From Pseudomonadota bacterium (GTDB taxonomy: Bacteria > Pseudomonadota > Gammaproteobacteria > Nevskiales > Nevskiaceae): a DNA stretch of 64,000 bases. Of the stretch, positions 1 through 10,448 are shown piece after piece. The first letter of the stretch is position 1. Each line of letters starts with the position of its first letter. The notes below the pieces were generated by a model. That model was not told the DNA's origin. It did no database searches and was given only the letters and a program-made list of their open reading frames with translations. The translations under genes were made by a program, and so were the position numbers. The DNA lies in NCBI GenBank assembly GCA_040385605.1, contig JAZKHC010000026.1, positions 5,680-69,679 on the forward strand, written 5' to 3'.

Positions 1-1952
1 CGGGCGGAAAGCTCCACGCCCTGGGTGCGAGCGCGGGCGGCGTTGCCGACGAAGAACTCGGTGCCATCGAGTGCCGCCACTTGCAGGTTCTTGAAGCGGG
101 TGCGGAACACGGTGAGCGCGCCGCTGATGCCGAAATCGCTCTTCAGTCGCAGGCCCGCCTCGGTGGTGAACGACTGCTCGCCCTTGAACTCGGCACGCTC
201 CGGCACCGCCGCCAGATTGTTGAAGCCACCGGACTTGAAGCCCTGAGCGACCGTGAGGTAGCTGCTGATATTGCGCGTGGCCTGAAACAAGGCAGAGGCA
301 CGCGGCGAGAAATCGGTTTCGATCCGCTTGGCCAGCAGCCTGTATTCCTCCTCGCCCAGTGCCTCGCCAATCAGCCGCCCGGTACTGCCGTTGAAGACGA
401 TGCTCTGGTCGCCTTGCTTGGTCTCGCGGGTGAGGCGGCCATCCAGTTGCAGACGCAGACGTTCCACCACATCCCAACGCACCACGCCGAAGCCCGCAGT
501 GCTTTGCTGTTGCTGGATCAGATGGTGGCGGCTCTGGCCGGAGCCCAGCGGTGCCGCACCCGCCACGCCGAGCAGGGTGCTCAAGGTCTGGCTCGCCAGG
601 CTGCCGAGCGGCAGGCCGGTCGTGTTGTCGATCAGGGGAGCCGCGAAGCCATCCGAGCCATTGGCGAACAGGTTGATATCGACCTGTAGATCGAGATCGG
701 ACTGGAAGTAATACGCACCGAGCGTGAACTGCCCCCAGCTCACCGGGCGCTCGTAGCGCAGCTCGACACTGCGCTGCTCGTAGCCCTCGACAGACGGGAA
801 GGACAGCAGTGGCACCGGGCTGACGTCCAGATCGAAATCGGCAACCGTGTCCTGCTGCGAGGCGCTGGCGGTGAACAGCACGCTGCCGGTTTCCAGCGCC
901 AGCTTGCTGGAGAGGATCAGGTCATCGCCCTCGATCAGTGCCCCGGATGCCTGGTGGTCGGTGTGGGTCTTGCGGTCGTCGATGTCGGTGTCGGTTTCGG
1001 GGTCGTAGCGCCGGTACAGCGCAAGCGTTTCGTCACTGGCCTGGCTCAGCTCGAAGCTGTCGCCGGTCTGGCGCAGGCGCGCCGTCTGCACCGACAGGCC
1101 GATGTCGAGCGCATCGCTGGCGGCCCATTGCAGCTTCGCGCGGCCCGCACGGCCGGGGCGTGCCAGGTCGAGCCGCTGCTGGGTGGTGTTGAATAACGTG
1201 CCGTCCTCGTCGGTCTGGCTGTAGGCCACGCGGGCGGCGACTGACTCGCTGAGCGCGCTCGAAAAGGCACCGCGCACACGCCGCTGGCCATCCGAGCCAC
1301 CCAGCAGTTCCAGATAGCCCTCGGGCTTGCGGGTGACGGCGGCGGTCTTGATGTTCAGGGCACCGGCCACCGTGTTCTTGCCCAGCAGCGCGCCCTGCGG
1401 GCCGCGCAGCAGCTCGACTTGCTCGACGTCAAGAAAATCGAACAGAGCCGCCTGCGGCCGGCCCAGAAACACGTTGTCGACAAAGATGCCGACCGATTGC
1501 TCGGCGCTGCGCACGCCACCGGTGCCCAGCCCGCGCACGAACAGGAAGGTGTTGGTGGGCGTCACCGCCAGCTGAGCGTTGGGCAGCCTTGCCGCGAGCG
1601 CCTCGATGTTCTTGATGTTGGTTTCGCGCAGCTGCTGCTCGCGGGTGACGCTGACCGAGATCGGCGTCCGGGCAAGCGGTTCCTTGGTGCGGGTGGCGCT
1701 GACCACCACCGCGTCGAGCGGCTCGGGTGTGGGCTGTGGTGTGGTTTCTGCGGCGGCGGGCTTGAGTGGGATCACTGCAATCTCGCTCAGCTCGCCAGAG
1801 GCAGACGCTTTCGACCCAGCCTCGCCCGAGGTCTGCTGGGCCAGCGAATCGCCACAGCAGCTGCCGAGCAGCAGCCAGAGCACCAGGCGCGTACGCGTCG
1901 TTTTGGATGCCCCATGCGGGCTGCGGGCATGGCTGGGTTTTGCTGTGTTCAT
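1..1952 (-). CDS. TonB-dependent receptor (3' part runs off the left edge)
   Basis: Translated by hand, as it is absent from the ORF track: ATG at 1952, MNTAKP...LVLWLLLGSCCGDSLA signal-like region, TonB-box-like LDAVVVSATR, plug motifs FVRGLG and VELLRGPQGALLGKNTVAGALNI. Confidence 0.9.
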   Translation of the reverse strand, partial: MNTAKPSHARSPHGASKTTRTRLVLWLLLGSCCGDSLAQQTSGEAGSKASASGELSEIAVIPLKPAAAETTPQPTPEPLDAVVVSATRTKEPLARTPISVSVTREQQLRETNIKNIEALAARLPNAQLAVTPTNTFLFVRGLGTGGVRSAEQSVGIFVDNVFLGRPQAALFDFLDVEQVELLRGPQGALLGKNTVAGALNIKTAAVTRKPEGYLELLGGSDGQRRVRGAFSSALSESVAARVAYSQTDEDGTLFNTTQQRLDLARPGRAGRAKLQWAASDALDIGLSVQTARLRQTGDSFELSQASDETLALYRRYDPETDTDIDDRKTHTDHQASGALIEGDDLILSSKLALETGSVLFTASASQQDTVADFDLDVSPVPLLSFPSVEGYEQRSVELRYERPVSWGQFTLGAYYFQSDLDLQVDINLFANGSDGFAAPLIDNTTGLPLGSLASQTLSTLLGVAGAAPLGSGQSRHHLIQQQQSTAGFGVVRWDVVERLRLQLDGRLTRETKQGDQSIVFNGSTGRLIGEALGEEEYRLLAKRIETDFSPRASALFQATRNISSYLTVAQGFKSGGFNNLAAVPERAEFKGEQSFTTEAGLRLKSDFGISGALTVFRTRFKNLQVAALDGTEFFVGNAARARTQGVELSA

Positions 1953-2097
1953 GGGGGCGGAAAGTATCAGGGCGCGCATTGTCATCGACAGGGTGTTGCG
2001 CGCGGTGCGCCCGGAATAGTATGAAGACCAGCGCATGCCGCGATGCACGGCAGCCGCCTCGATGGCGAGACCATAAAGATTGATTGAAGGAGAGTCC

Positions 2098-3156
2098 ATG
2101 TCCCTGTTGCAGCCCATCCGCCACTTCGATGGCAGCCGCAGTTCCGCACGCCCCATGGCGCGTGTCGGTGCCGTCCGCGAGGCGGCTGGGGACTTCCGCC
2201 GCGACATGCTTAGGCGCCCGAAGGTGCGCTTTTACAAATCCTTCGAGCTGGTGCGCGTGCCTTATCCCAGCAAGTTCGGCTATCTCAATGCCTTTGCCGG
2301 TGCCACGCCCTTCATGCATCTGTGCAATCGCTTGTTCGTGATCCAGTTCGATTCGGCGGAGGGCGTCAAGACCCTGCTCGCCAGCCCCTCGGACTGGGAG
2401 CACCAGCGCAGCACGCCATTCTTCGCCCAGCTCGATGCCAAGGCGGGCGCGCTCGGCCCGGTGATGGATGGCCTGGTGTTCAAGAAGCTGCGCACGGTGC
2501 TGGATTGCCTCGCCAGCATCGGCCTCAAGCCTGCCGATGTGGACTACCTCACCTACGACCATCTGCACACGCAGAACCTGACGCGCTGGCTGGGCGGCGA
2601 GGGCCATGAGGCGATTTTTCCGAACGCCAAGCTGCTGGTGATGCGGGAGGAGTGGGAAAGCGCGCAGGCCTTGATCCCCTGGCAGAACCAGTGGTACTGC
2701 CCTGATGGCATCGCCGGTGTGCCGGCCTCGCGCGTGCAGCTGCTCGACGACAGCGTGTTCCTCGGCGATGGCGCGGTGGCGCTGGTGCGCACCAAGGGCC
2801 ACACCGAGGGCAACCACAGCATCGTCGCGCACACCGACCAAGGCCTGCTGGTCACCAGCGAAAACGGCGTGAGCCTCGATGCCTACGAGCCGAAGCACTC
2901 GAAGATTTCCGGTGTCGCGGCCTATGCGAAACAGACCGGTGCCGAGGTGATCATCAACGGCAACACGCAGGAATACGTGGTCGATCAGTACATCTCGATG
3001 GTGCAGGAGAAAGCCATCGCCGGGCCCAACCCGAAGGACGAGCGATTCCCCAACATGGCACCGTCTTCGGAATCGCGCGCGTACTGGCTGTTCCCGGGCA
3101 CGGCACCGACGGCAATGGTGGGCGATCTGGCCTTCGGGCAGTTCGTGCCCGCTTGA
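2098..3156 (+). CDS. Metallo-beta-lactamase-fold hydrolase with non-canonical metal motif
   Basis: GAAGGAGA RBS before ATG 2098; DYLTYDHLHTQN (HxH but no DH), IFPNAKLLV, TKGHTEGNHS typical of the MBL fold. Confidence 0.7.
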   Translation: MSLLQPIRHFDGSRSSARPMARVGAVREAAGDFRRDMLRRPKVRFYKSFELVRVPYPSKFGYLNAFAGATPFMHLCNRLFVIQFDSAEGVKTLLASPSDWEHQRSTPFFAQLDAKAGALGPVMDGLVFKKLRTVLDCLASIGLKPADVDYLTYDHLHTQNLTRWLGGEGHEAIFPNAKLLVMREEWESAQALIPWQNQWYCPDGIAGVPASRVQLLDDSVFLGDGAVALVRTKGHTEGNHSIVAHTDQGLLVTSENGVSLDAYEPKHSKISGVAAYAKQTGAEVIINGNTQEYVVDQYISMVQEKAIAGPNPKDERFPNMAPSSESRAYWLFPGTAPTAMVGDLAFGQFVPA

Positions 3157-3191
3157 GCACAAGCGCATCTTGATCCACGGAGACTGATCCC

Positions 3192-4352
3192 ATGAAAGCC
3201 GTCGTCTGCCAGAACACCCAGTTGCGCGTGGTCGAGCGCCCTGCATTGACGCCTGGCAAGGGCCAGGTGTTATTGAACGTGCTGCGCTGTGGCATCTGCG
3301 GCTCCGACCTGCACCTGCGCCACCACTGCGACCACATGGGCGCGCTGGTGAAGCGCGCGGGCTATCAGCACTTCCCCAATGCCAGCGACGAGGTGGTGTT
3401 CGGCCACGAGTTCTGTGGCGAGGTGGTGGACTACGGTCCCCGAACCTCCCGCAAGCTCAAGACCGGCAGCGTCGTATGTGCGATCCCGCTGATCCGAAAC
3501 GGCCGTGACATTGACCTGCTCGGCCTCTCCGCCCGCTCGGCCGGTGCCTATGCCGAACAGGTGCTGGTCGATGAGGCTTTGATGGTGCCGGTGCCCAATG
3601 GCCTGCCCGCCGACCAGGCCGCACTCACCGAGCCGATGGCCGTGGCGCTGCATGCGGTACGCCGCAGCGAGATTCGCAAGGGCGAGGTCGGCATCGTCAT
3701 CGGCTGCGGGCCGGTGGGGCTGGCGGTGATCGGCATGCTCAGGGCGCGGGGCGTGAAGGCCATCGTCGCCAGCGACTACTCGCCCGGCCGGCGCGAACTC
3801 GCGCGCCGCTGTGGTGCCGATGTGGTCATCAATCCCGCCGAGCATTCGCCCTACGCCAACGGCCGCAAGCACGGCTTCATCGAGAGCCTTGCCGATATGG
3901 TGGAGCTGGGTGTGAGCACGCGCGAAAAGCTCGGCAAGCTACCGCTGCCCTGGTGGCAGACCTGGCGCGTGGCCGAGCAGCTGGGCCTGCAACCCAAGCG
4001 CCCGGTGATCTTCGAGTGCGTCGGTGTGCCCGGCATCCTGCAATCCATCCTCGATGGCGCGCCGCTGCTCTCGCGCGTGGTCGTGGTGGGTGTGTGCATG
4101 CAGGCCGACACCATCGAGCCCTCACTCGCCATCAACAAGGAGATCGAGCTGCGCTTCGTGCTCGGCTACTCGCCACTGGAATACCGCGATGCCCTGCACC
4201 TGCTCGCCGAGGGCAAGGTGGATGCCAGCCCGCTGATCACCGGCACGGTCGGGCTTGAGGGCGTGGACGCAGCCTTCACCGCGCTCGGCGACCCCGAGCG
4301 GCACGCCAAGATTTTGATCGACCCCAGGCTGCGAGGCAAAAAAATCAGCTGA
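3192..4352 (+). CDS. Zinc-binding (MDR-family) alcohol dehydrogenase
   Basis: CGICGSDLH, GHEFCG, Rossmann GCGPVG, LTEPMAVALHAV. Confidence 0.9.
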   Translation: MKAVVCQNTQLRVVERPALTPGKGQVLLNVLRCGICGSDLHLRHHCDHMGALVKRAGYQHFPNASDEVVFGHEFCGEVVDYGPRTSRKLKTGSVVCAIPLIRNGRDIDLLGLSARSAGAYAEQVLVDEALMVPVPNGLPADQAALTEPMAVALHAVRRSEIRKGEVGIVIGCGPVGLAVIGMLRARGVKAIVASDYSPGRRELARRCGADVVINPAEHSPYANGRKHGFIESLADMVELGVSTREKLGKLPLPWWQTWRVAEQLGLQPKRPVIFECVGVPGILQSILDGAPLLSRVVVVGVCMQADTIEPSLAINKEIELRFVLGYSPLEYRDALHLLAEGKVDASPLITGTVGLEGVDAAFTALGDPERHAKILIDPRLRGKKIS

Positions 4353-4364
4353 CCCTGGTGGCCC

Positions 4365-4745
4365 TCACTCCGCCGTGACGATCCACAGGTTCTTGCTGGC
4401 TGTGCGTTTCATGCGGAACTGGGCCGTGTGCTCGGTGATGCCGCCAAACGGGGTCTTGGCCTTGAAGCGAACCTGCACCTCGAAGCGCGAAGGGTCATCG
4501 ATCTCCGGCTTGACCGCAGTGACCGCGAAGTCCTGCAAGCTGTCTGGCAGCCGCAGCCGGGCCTTGACCAGCGGCCGCGTGTAGAACGTCACCTCGGCAG
4601 TCGTCGGTGCCAGGGCAGGAGCAGGCAGCCTGGTCGGCCCTGCTTCAGTGGCTGCATGCGCAAGCGGTCCCAGCAGCACAGAGCACAGCAAGATCATCAA
4701 GACGCTGCGGTCTTTTCTGTTTGCTGCACCGCGAGCAGTGCTCAC
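4365..4745 (-). CDS. Small hypothetical, probably secreted protein (start uncertain)
   Basis: Signal-like MILLCSVLLGPLAHA; fills the gap between the convergent ADH and lysE. Confidence 0.55.
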   Translation of the reverse strand: MSTARGAANRKDRSVLMILLCSVLLGPLAHAATEAGPTRLPAPALAPTTAEVTFYTRPLVKARLRLPDSLQDFAVTAVKPEIDDPSRFEVQVRFKAKTPFGGITEHTAQFRMKRTASKNLWIVTAE

Positions 4746-5386
4746 AGCATTTGCAGGCCGCGTGAAAGCAGAACCCCGGCGAGCAGCAGCATGGTCAGCC
4801 CTACCAGCAGATCGAGCACCTTCCAGGCCACAGGCCTTGCGAACAGCGGTGCCAGCCAGCGCGCGCCGTAGCCCAAGCCAATGAACCAGGTGTACGAGGC
4901 CGCCGCTGCACCCACTACGAACAGTGTTCTGTTGGGCGGTGGCAGGCTGGCACCGACTGCGCCCATCAGCAGCACGGTGTCGAGATAGACGTGTGGGTTG
5001 AGAAAGGTGAAGGCCGCCGTACTGGCCAGCGCGCGCGTGAGTGTCATCGAGGGTTGCAGCGTCGCGGCCATCGTCTCGGTGTGCGCCGCGCGGCGCAGCG
5101 CGCTGAGGCCATACCAGGCCAGAAACGCAGCGCCGCCGAAAGTCAGCACCTGCGTCAGCCCTGGTACGACCGTGAGCAGTGCGCCCAAGCCCGCCACACC
5201 GGCCGCGATCAGCAGCGCATCGGCCGTGCCGCAGAACAGCACGATCGCACCAACGTGCTCGCGCCTGAGACCCTGCCGCAGCACGAACATGTTCTGCGCG
5301 CCGATGGCCATGATGAGCGCGGCCGAGAGCGCGAAGCCCTTGGCGACCGCTGCAAAGGCCCAGAGCTGGGTGAGATCAGGCGACAT
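4742..5386 (-). CDS. LysE/ArgO family amino-acid exporter
   Basis: [27 protein letters not shown]; likely start MSPDLTQ overlapping the ltaE stop. Confidence 0.9.
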   Translation of the reverse strand: MSPDLTQLWAFAAVAKGFALSAALIMAIGAQNMFVLRQGLRREHVGAIVLFCGTADALLIAAGVAGLGALLTVVPGLTQVLTFGGAAFLAWYGLSALRRAAHTETMAATLQPSMTLTRALASTAAFTFLNPHVYLDTVLLMGAVGASLPPPNRTLFVVGAAAASYTWFIGLGYGARWLAPLFARPVAWKVLDLLVGLTMLLLAGVLLSRGLQML

Positions 5387-6410
5387 CGAGTGCGGTGTGA
5401 GGGTGCAGCGCGACGCGCAGCACGTCCAGAACGCGGTCGATGTCCTCGCGGCAGACATCCAGATGCGTGACCAGACGGGTGCGCGGGCCGATGCTGGCGA
5501 GCACATCGTCGGCCTTGAGCGCTGCCGCCACCGCATCGACCTGCGACATCGGAATGTGGAAGAACACGATATTGGTCTGCACCGGCTCCACCACCAGGCC
5601 CAGCGTGCTGAGACCCTCGGCAAGGTGCCGGGCCAGCGCGTGATCGTCTGCGAGGCGGGCGACGTGATGCTCTAGCGCGTAGAGCCCGGCAGCGGCCAGC
5701 ACGCCGGCCTGGCGCATGCCGCCGCCGAGGGCCTTGCGCCAGCGCTGTGCCTGCGCGATGAAGGGCTTGCTGCCCATCAACAGGCTGCCTGCCGGTGCGC
5801 CCAGACCCTTGCTGAGGCAGAGCGAGACGGAGTCGAACCCCGCAACGATCTCGCGCTCGCTGCAGCCACGCGCAACCATGGCGTTGCAGACGCGCGCACC
5901 ATCGAGATGGGTCGCGAGGCCATGCAATTTGGCGAGCGTGGTGGCCTCTGCGACGTACTGTGCTTGCAGCACCTTGCCGCCGATGGTGTTCTCCAGCGCT
6001 AGCAGTCGGGTACGGACAAAGTGCACATCGTCGGGCTTGATCGCAGCGGCGATGTCGGCGAGTGAGAGCGTGCCGTCGGGCTGGTTGGTAATGGGCTGCG
6101 GCTGGATACTGCCGAGCACCGCTGCGCCGCCCTGCTCCCAGCGATAGGTGTGCGCCTCGGCCCCGACGATCATCTCGTCACCGCGCCCGCAGTGCGCCAT
6201 TAGTGCTGCGAGGTTGCTCTGGGTGCCGGTGGGGAAGAATAGTGCCGCTTCGAAACCGAAGCGTTCTGCAGCGACTGCCTGCAGGCGATTGACGGTGGGG
6301 TCGTCGCCATAGACGTCGTCGCCCAGCTCGGCCGCGTGCATGGCCGCGCGCATGGCGGCGGTGGGGCGGGTGACGGTGTCGCTGCGCAGGTCGATCAGCT
6401 GTTGGCTCAT
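5376..6410 (-). CDS. ltaE: Low-specificity L-threonine aldolase
   Basis: [35 protein letters not shown] (PLP lysine), GGGMRQAG. Confidence 0.93.
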   Translation of the reverse strand: MSQQLIDLRSDTVTRPTAAMRAAMHAAELGDDVYGDDPTVNRLQAVAAERFGFEAALFFPTGTQSNLAALMAHCGRGDEMIVGAEAHTYRWEQGGAAVLGSIQPQPITNQPDGTLSLADIAAAIKPDDVHFVRTRLLALENTIGGKVLQAQYVAEATTLAKLHGLATHLDGARVCNAMVARGCSEREIVAGFDSVSLCLSKGLGAPAGSLLMGSKPFIAQAQRWRKALGGGMRQAGVLAAAGLYALEHHVARLADDHALARHLAEGLSTLGLVVEPVQTNIVFFHIPMSQVDAVAAALKADDVLASIGPRTRLVTHLDVCREDIDRVLDVLRVALHPHTALDVA

Positions 6411-6426
6411 GCGGGGTGGTGCAATC

Positions 6427-7929
6427 TCAGATCCAGTATTTGATGAGCGAAGCACCGGTTTCCTTGATGCGCTCCAGCCAGGGCCGTGCGCGCCAGTCCT
6501 TGAGCGTGATGAGGGTGGACTGCTGCATATCCTGCTTGAACAGGGTCTGCATCGAGCTGCCAAAGTGCTTGCCGATGATCACCGCGTTGGCCTCGTCGTT
6601 GTGGATGAAGCTGCGGTAGTCGAGATTGGCACTACCCACGGTCGCCCACACGCCGTCCACCACCGCCGTCTTGGCGTGCAGCATCACCGGCTCGTATTCG
6701 TAGATCTTCACGCCCGCTTTCAAGAGCCGGTCGTAGTAGTGGCGGGTGATGAGTGGCAGAAAGCCGACATCGGACTTCGCTGGCAGCAGCAGGCGCACGT
6801 CCACACCGCGCTTGGCGGTGTCGCAGAGCAGTTCAGTGAAATCCTCGTTGGGGGCGAAGTAGCTCTGTGTGATCCACACGCTTTTTTCGGCCAACCGGAT
6901 GGCATTGAAATAGGTGCCGTAGATGACGTTCTTCTTCTCGCGCTTGTTGAGCAGCGCCTTGGCAGCGGACTCCGGCACGGCGAGAAACACGCTGAGCAGA
7001 TCGGTGCCCTCGCTGGTGAGCACGCGCACGATGTCGTCGCCCTGCGATTTGAGTGGCGGAAAGTATTCGCCGCTCAAGTCGATCTCGCCCTTGCCGGCCT
7101 CCCAGGCATCGAGAAAGGCGCGCTGAAACGAGGCGACTGCCGGGCCGGTGACCTGAATGTGCGTGTCGCGCCAGCCTGCACCTGCCGGCAGCTGCGAAGG
7201 CCGCATGCCACGGCCGCCGCTGCTGAAGCTGCCACTGCTGCTGGCACCACCACTGCTGGCCGCGCCACCGCTGGCGCGCGCCTCGCCGTTGGGCGAAGAC
7301 TGCACATACTCGTCCATGATGTTGATGCCGCCGGTGAAGGCGATCTGCCCATCCACCACCAGGAGCTTGCGGTGGCTGCGGCGGTTGATGCGCCACACGC
7401 GCAGGTCCTTGGTCTTGTTGAACTCCAGCAGTTGTACGCCTGCGGCCTTCAACTCATCCTTGAACCTTGCGCCCGCGCCGCTGCCGCCGATGGCGTCGAA
7501 CATCAGCCGTACGATCACGCCCTTCTGTGCTCGTTCGATCAAGGCTTCTGCGTACTGCTGGCCGATCTTCTCGTCGGTGATGATGTAGACGTCGAGATGG
7601 ATGTGGTGCTTGGCTTTCTTGATCGCGGCGAGCTGGGCGGCGTGGGCGGCGGGGCCATCGACCAAGAGCTCCACCTGGTTGCCGGCGATGGCTGGGCGGC
7701 GGGTCAGTGCGGTCTCCGCAGCGCCGACCTTGCGCGCGTATTCGTAGGCAGCGGCATCGTGCGCCACCGCATCGCGCAGCACCGCATCCGGCGACTTCGC
7801 CACCTCACGGTTGCAGTTGCAGCTGTCGGCGACGCGAATCCAGTTGCTGCCCGCTTTGACCTCAACCGGCGGCACGCTGGCGCAAGCGCCGAGCAGCAGC
7901 GACGTAGCCAGCGCGGCAGCACGTTTCAC
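6427..7929 (-). CDS. Phospholipase D / cardiolipin synthase family lipoprotein
   Basis: Two HKD motifs ([18 protein letters not shown]), GSANLDYRS; GTG start overlapping the astD stop; lipobox-like LLLGAC. Confidence 0.85.
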   Translation of the reverse strand: MKRAAALATSLLLGACASVPPVEVKAGSNWIRVADSCNCNREVAKSPDAVLRDAVAHDAAAYEYARKVGAAETALTRRPAIAGNQVELLVDGPAAHAAQLAAIKKAKHHIHLDVYIITDEKIGQQYAEALIERAQKGVIVRLMFDAIGGSGAGARFKDELKAAGVQLLEFNKTKDLRVWRINRRSHRKLLVVDGQIAFTGGINIMDEYVQSSPNGEARASGGAASSGGASSSGSFSSGGRGMRPSQLPAGAGWRDTHIQVTGPAVASFQRAFLDAWEAGKGEIDLSGEYFPPLKSQGDDIVRVLTSEGTDLLSVFLAVPESAAKALLNKREKKNVIYGTYFNAIRLAEKSVWITQSYFAPNEDFTELLCDTAKRGVDVRLLLPAKSDVGFLPLITRHYYDRLLKAGVKIYEYEPVMLHAKTAVVDGVWATVGSANLDYRSFIHNDEANAVIIGKHFGSSMQTLFKQDMQQSTLITLKDWRARPWLERIKETGASLIKYWI

Positions 7930-9431
7930 ATCGTCAAACCGGGTGAGAGTGATGAGGGTTTCTCCAGCTTGGGCGCTTCGCTCGATGCAACCGGGTAGCT
8001 GCAATAGTCGGCTGCATAGTAGGCGCTGGGGCGGTGGTTGCCTGAATGACCGGGGCCGCCGAAGGGGAATGCCCCAGATGCGCCCGTGGTCTGCCGGTTG
8101 CGGTTGACGATGCCGGCGCGGATGCGTTTGAAGAAGTGCGCCCACTCGGCGTCGTCGTCGGTCAGCAGGCCTGCTGAGAGGCCGAACTGCGTGTTGTTGG
8201 CCTGCGCGATGCTCTCGTCCAGCGAGGTGGTGCGGATGACTTTCAGCAGCGGGCCGAAGTCTTCCTCGTCCGGCACGTCCGCCGCGCACTTGGTGATGTC
8301 GATGATTCCTGGCGAGACGAAGGCCTCGCCCTGTGCGAGGCGCTGCATCTTCAGCAGCGGTGTTGCACCCAGTGCGATGAGGCGAGCCTGCGAATCCAAA
8401 AGCCCTTGCGCTGCGCGGGCGGAGACGACCGGGCCCATGAAGGGCGCGGGCTCGTCCTCGCTGCCACCGATGCGCAGGGCCTGGGTCACTTCGACCAGGC
8501 GGGCGAGCAGGGCATCGCCCTTATCGCCCCCAGGCACCATCAGGCGGCGCGCGCAGGTGCAACGCTGGCCCGAGGTGATCCAGCTCGACTGCACGATCTC
8601 GTGCACGGCGGCATCGACATCACTGACGCTGCCCACCACCAGTGGATTGTTTCCGCCAAGTTCCAGCGCCAGGATCACATGCGGTCTGGTCGCAAATCGC
8701 TGCGACAGGATGCCGCCGGTGCGGGCGCTGCCAGTGAAGTAGAGGCCATCAAGTTGCTTGTGAGCGGCAACCGCTTCACCCGTCGCGCGCTCGCCCTGCA
8801 CGAGGTTGATCACCCCGGCAGGCAGGCCGGCGGCTTCCCAGCACTTCACGGTTTCCTCCGCCACCAGCGGCGTCAGCTCGCTGGGCTTGAACACCACCGT
8901 GTTGCCCGCGAGCAGGGCGGGCACGATATGGCCGTTGGGCAGATGGCCGGGGAAGTTGTACGGCCCGAACACCGCAACCACGCCATGCGGCTTGTGGCGC
9001 AGCACGAAGCGGCCAAAGGGCTGCACCTGCTCGCGGGTGCCGGTGCGCTCGTGGTAGGCGGCAATCGAGAGTTCGATCTTGCCTGCCATGGCGGCCACCT
9101 CGGTGCGTGCCTCCCACAGCGGCTTGCCGACTTCGCGGGCGATGGTGAGTGCCAAGCGCTCGCTGCGCTCCTTGAGCACGGCGGCAAAGCGGCGGGCGCA
9201 GGCCGCGCGCTCGTCAAAACTCAGATCGGCCCAAGGCTCGAAAGCGGCGCGTGCGGCAGTGAAGGCGGCATCAACATCCGCCGCGTCGGCGCTATTCGCC
9301 TGCCACAACGCGCCGCCAGTGGACGGGTTGTGGCTCTCGAAGGCTGCGCCGTGGCCCGGCTGCCACTGGCCGTTGATGAAAAGCATGGGGTTGTCCGCAA
9401 TGGAGAGGCGCTCATTATCTGCCTGCACCAT
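7926..9431 (-). CDS. astD: Succinylglutamate-semialdehyde dehydrogenase (start may be 9386)
   Basis: FGPYNFPGHLPNGH, LELGGNNP, GQRCTC, SGNHRPSAYYAADYC. Confidence 0.92.
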   Translation of the reverse strand: MVQADNERLSIADNPMLFINGQWQPGHGAAFESHNPSTGGALWQANSADAADVDAAFTAARAAFEPWADLSFDERAACARRFAAVLKERSERLALTIAREVGKPLWEARTEVAAMAGKIELSIAAYHERTGTREQVQPFGRFVLRHKPHGVVAVFGPYNFPGHLPNGHIVPALLAGNTVVFKPSELTPLVAEETVKCWEAAGLPAGVINLVQGERATGEAVAAHKQLDGLYFTGSARTGGILSQRFATRPHVILALELGGNNPLVVGSVSDVDAAVHEIVQSSWITSGQRCTCARRLMVPGGDKGDALLARLVEVTQALRIGGSEDEPAPFMGPVVSARAAQGLLDSQARLIALGATPLLKMQRLAQGEAFVSPGIIDITKCAADVPDEEDFGPLLKVIRTTSLDESIAQANNTQFGLSAGLLTDDDAEWAHFFKRIRAGIVNRNRQTTGASGAFPFGGPGHSGNHRPSAYYAADYCSYPVASSEAPKLEKPSSLSPGLTM

Positions 9432-9444
9432 GCCCTGCGGCCAA

Positions 9445-10440
9445 CTACGCCATCAGGCCCTTCAGGGCGCTGCTCCAGTGCTGTTGCAGCCCGCCAGGGA
9501 TGCGCTGCACGAAGCGGGCGGCGATGCCGTGTTGATCCGCCCAGGCAAGGCCGGCTGGCAGGCCCAGCACCATCAGCGCGGTGGCGAGGGCATCGGCCTG
9601 CATGGCCTGTGCGTGCAGCACGGTGACGGCGGCGAGATCGTGCTGCACCGGGTGCCCGCTGCGGGGGTCGAGCGTGTGCGAGTAGAGCTGGCCTTGGTGG
9701 GTGAAGCCCTGGCGATAGTCACCGCTGGTGGCGATGGCGAGGCCGTGCAGAGCCACCACCATTTCAGGCAGCGGCAGGCCGGGTGCGGATGGTACTTCCA
9801 GCTGCACCCACCAGGGCTGCCCGTCGGGCTTGAGGCCCATTCCACGCAGCTCGCCGCCGATCTCGACCAGATGGTGTTCGAGCCCCAATGCAGTGAGTGC
9901 GGTGCTCACGGCATCTACCGCGAAGCCCTTGGCGATGGAAGAGAGGTCGAGCAGCACGCCACCAGGCTGCAAGGCGCGCTGTGTGGCGGGCTCTAGCTGT
10001 ATGCGTTGCCACCCGACTTGCGCACGTGCGGTAGCTAATGCGGCAGGCGAGGGTGGTGTAGCGATTGGCCCTTGCGGGCCGAAGCCCCAGAGATTGACCA
10101 GCGGGCCTGCGGTGGGGTCGTAGGCACCCTCTGTCTCGGCAGCGAGTGCGAGTGCGGCCGAGAGCACGGTGAAGAAGTCCGTTGGAAGCGCGCACCAGCT
10201 ACCTGCCACTGCCACGTTGTAGTGGCAAAGGCTGGAGCGCGCGTCCCAAGTACTCATTTCGCCCACCAGCGCATCGAGCCTGGTCTGCACCTCCGCTTGC
10301 AGAGTGCCGCGCGAGAGCGCCGTGGGCGAGACGTAGCGCAACGACCAACCCGTGCCCATCGTCGCACCCTGCAGCGTGATCACCTCGCCGATGCTGGGGC
10401 TGACCGCTTCGGGCGTCGGCGGCAGCAGAACATGCCGCAT
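9445..10440 (-). CDS. apbE: FAD:protein FMN transferase (ApbE family)
   Basis: TMGT, YDPTAGPLVNLWGFG, DLSSIAKGFAVD, ATSGDYR, HTLDPRSG, ADALATA. Confidence 0.92.
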   Translation of the reverse strand: MRHVLLPPTPEAVSPSIGEVITLQGATMGTGWSLRYVSPTALSRGTLQAEVQTRLDALVGEMSTWDARSSLCHYNVAVAGSWCALPTDFFTVLSAALALAAETEGAYDPTAGPLVNLWGFGPQGPIATPPSPAALATARAQVGWQRIQLEPATQRALQPGGVLLDLSSIAKGFAVDAVSTALTALGLEHHLVEIGGELRGMGLKPDGQPWWVQLEVPSAPGLPLPEMVVALHGLAIATSGDYRQGFTHQGQLYSHTLDPRSGHPVQHDLAAVTVLHAQAMQADALATALMVLGLPAGLAWADQHGIAARFVQRIPGGLQQHWSSALKGLMA

Positions 10441-10448
10441 GGTGTGAA

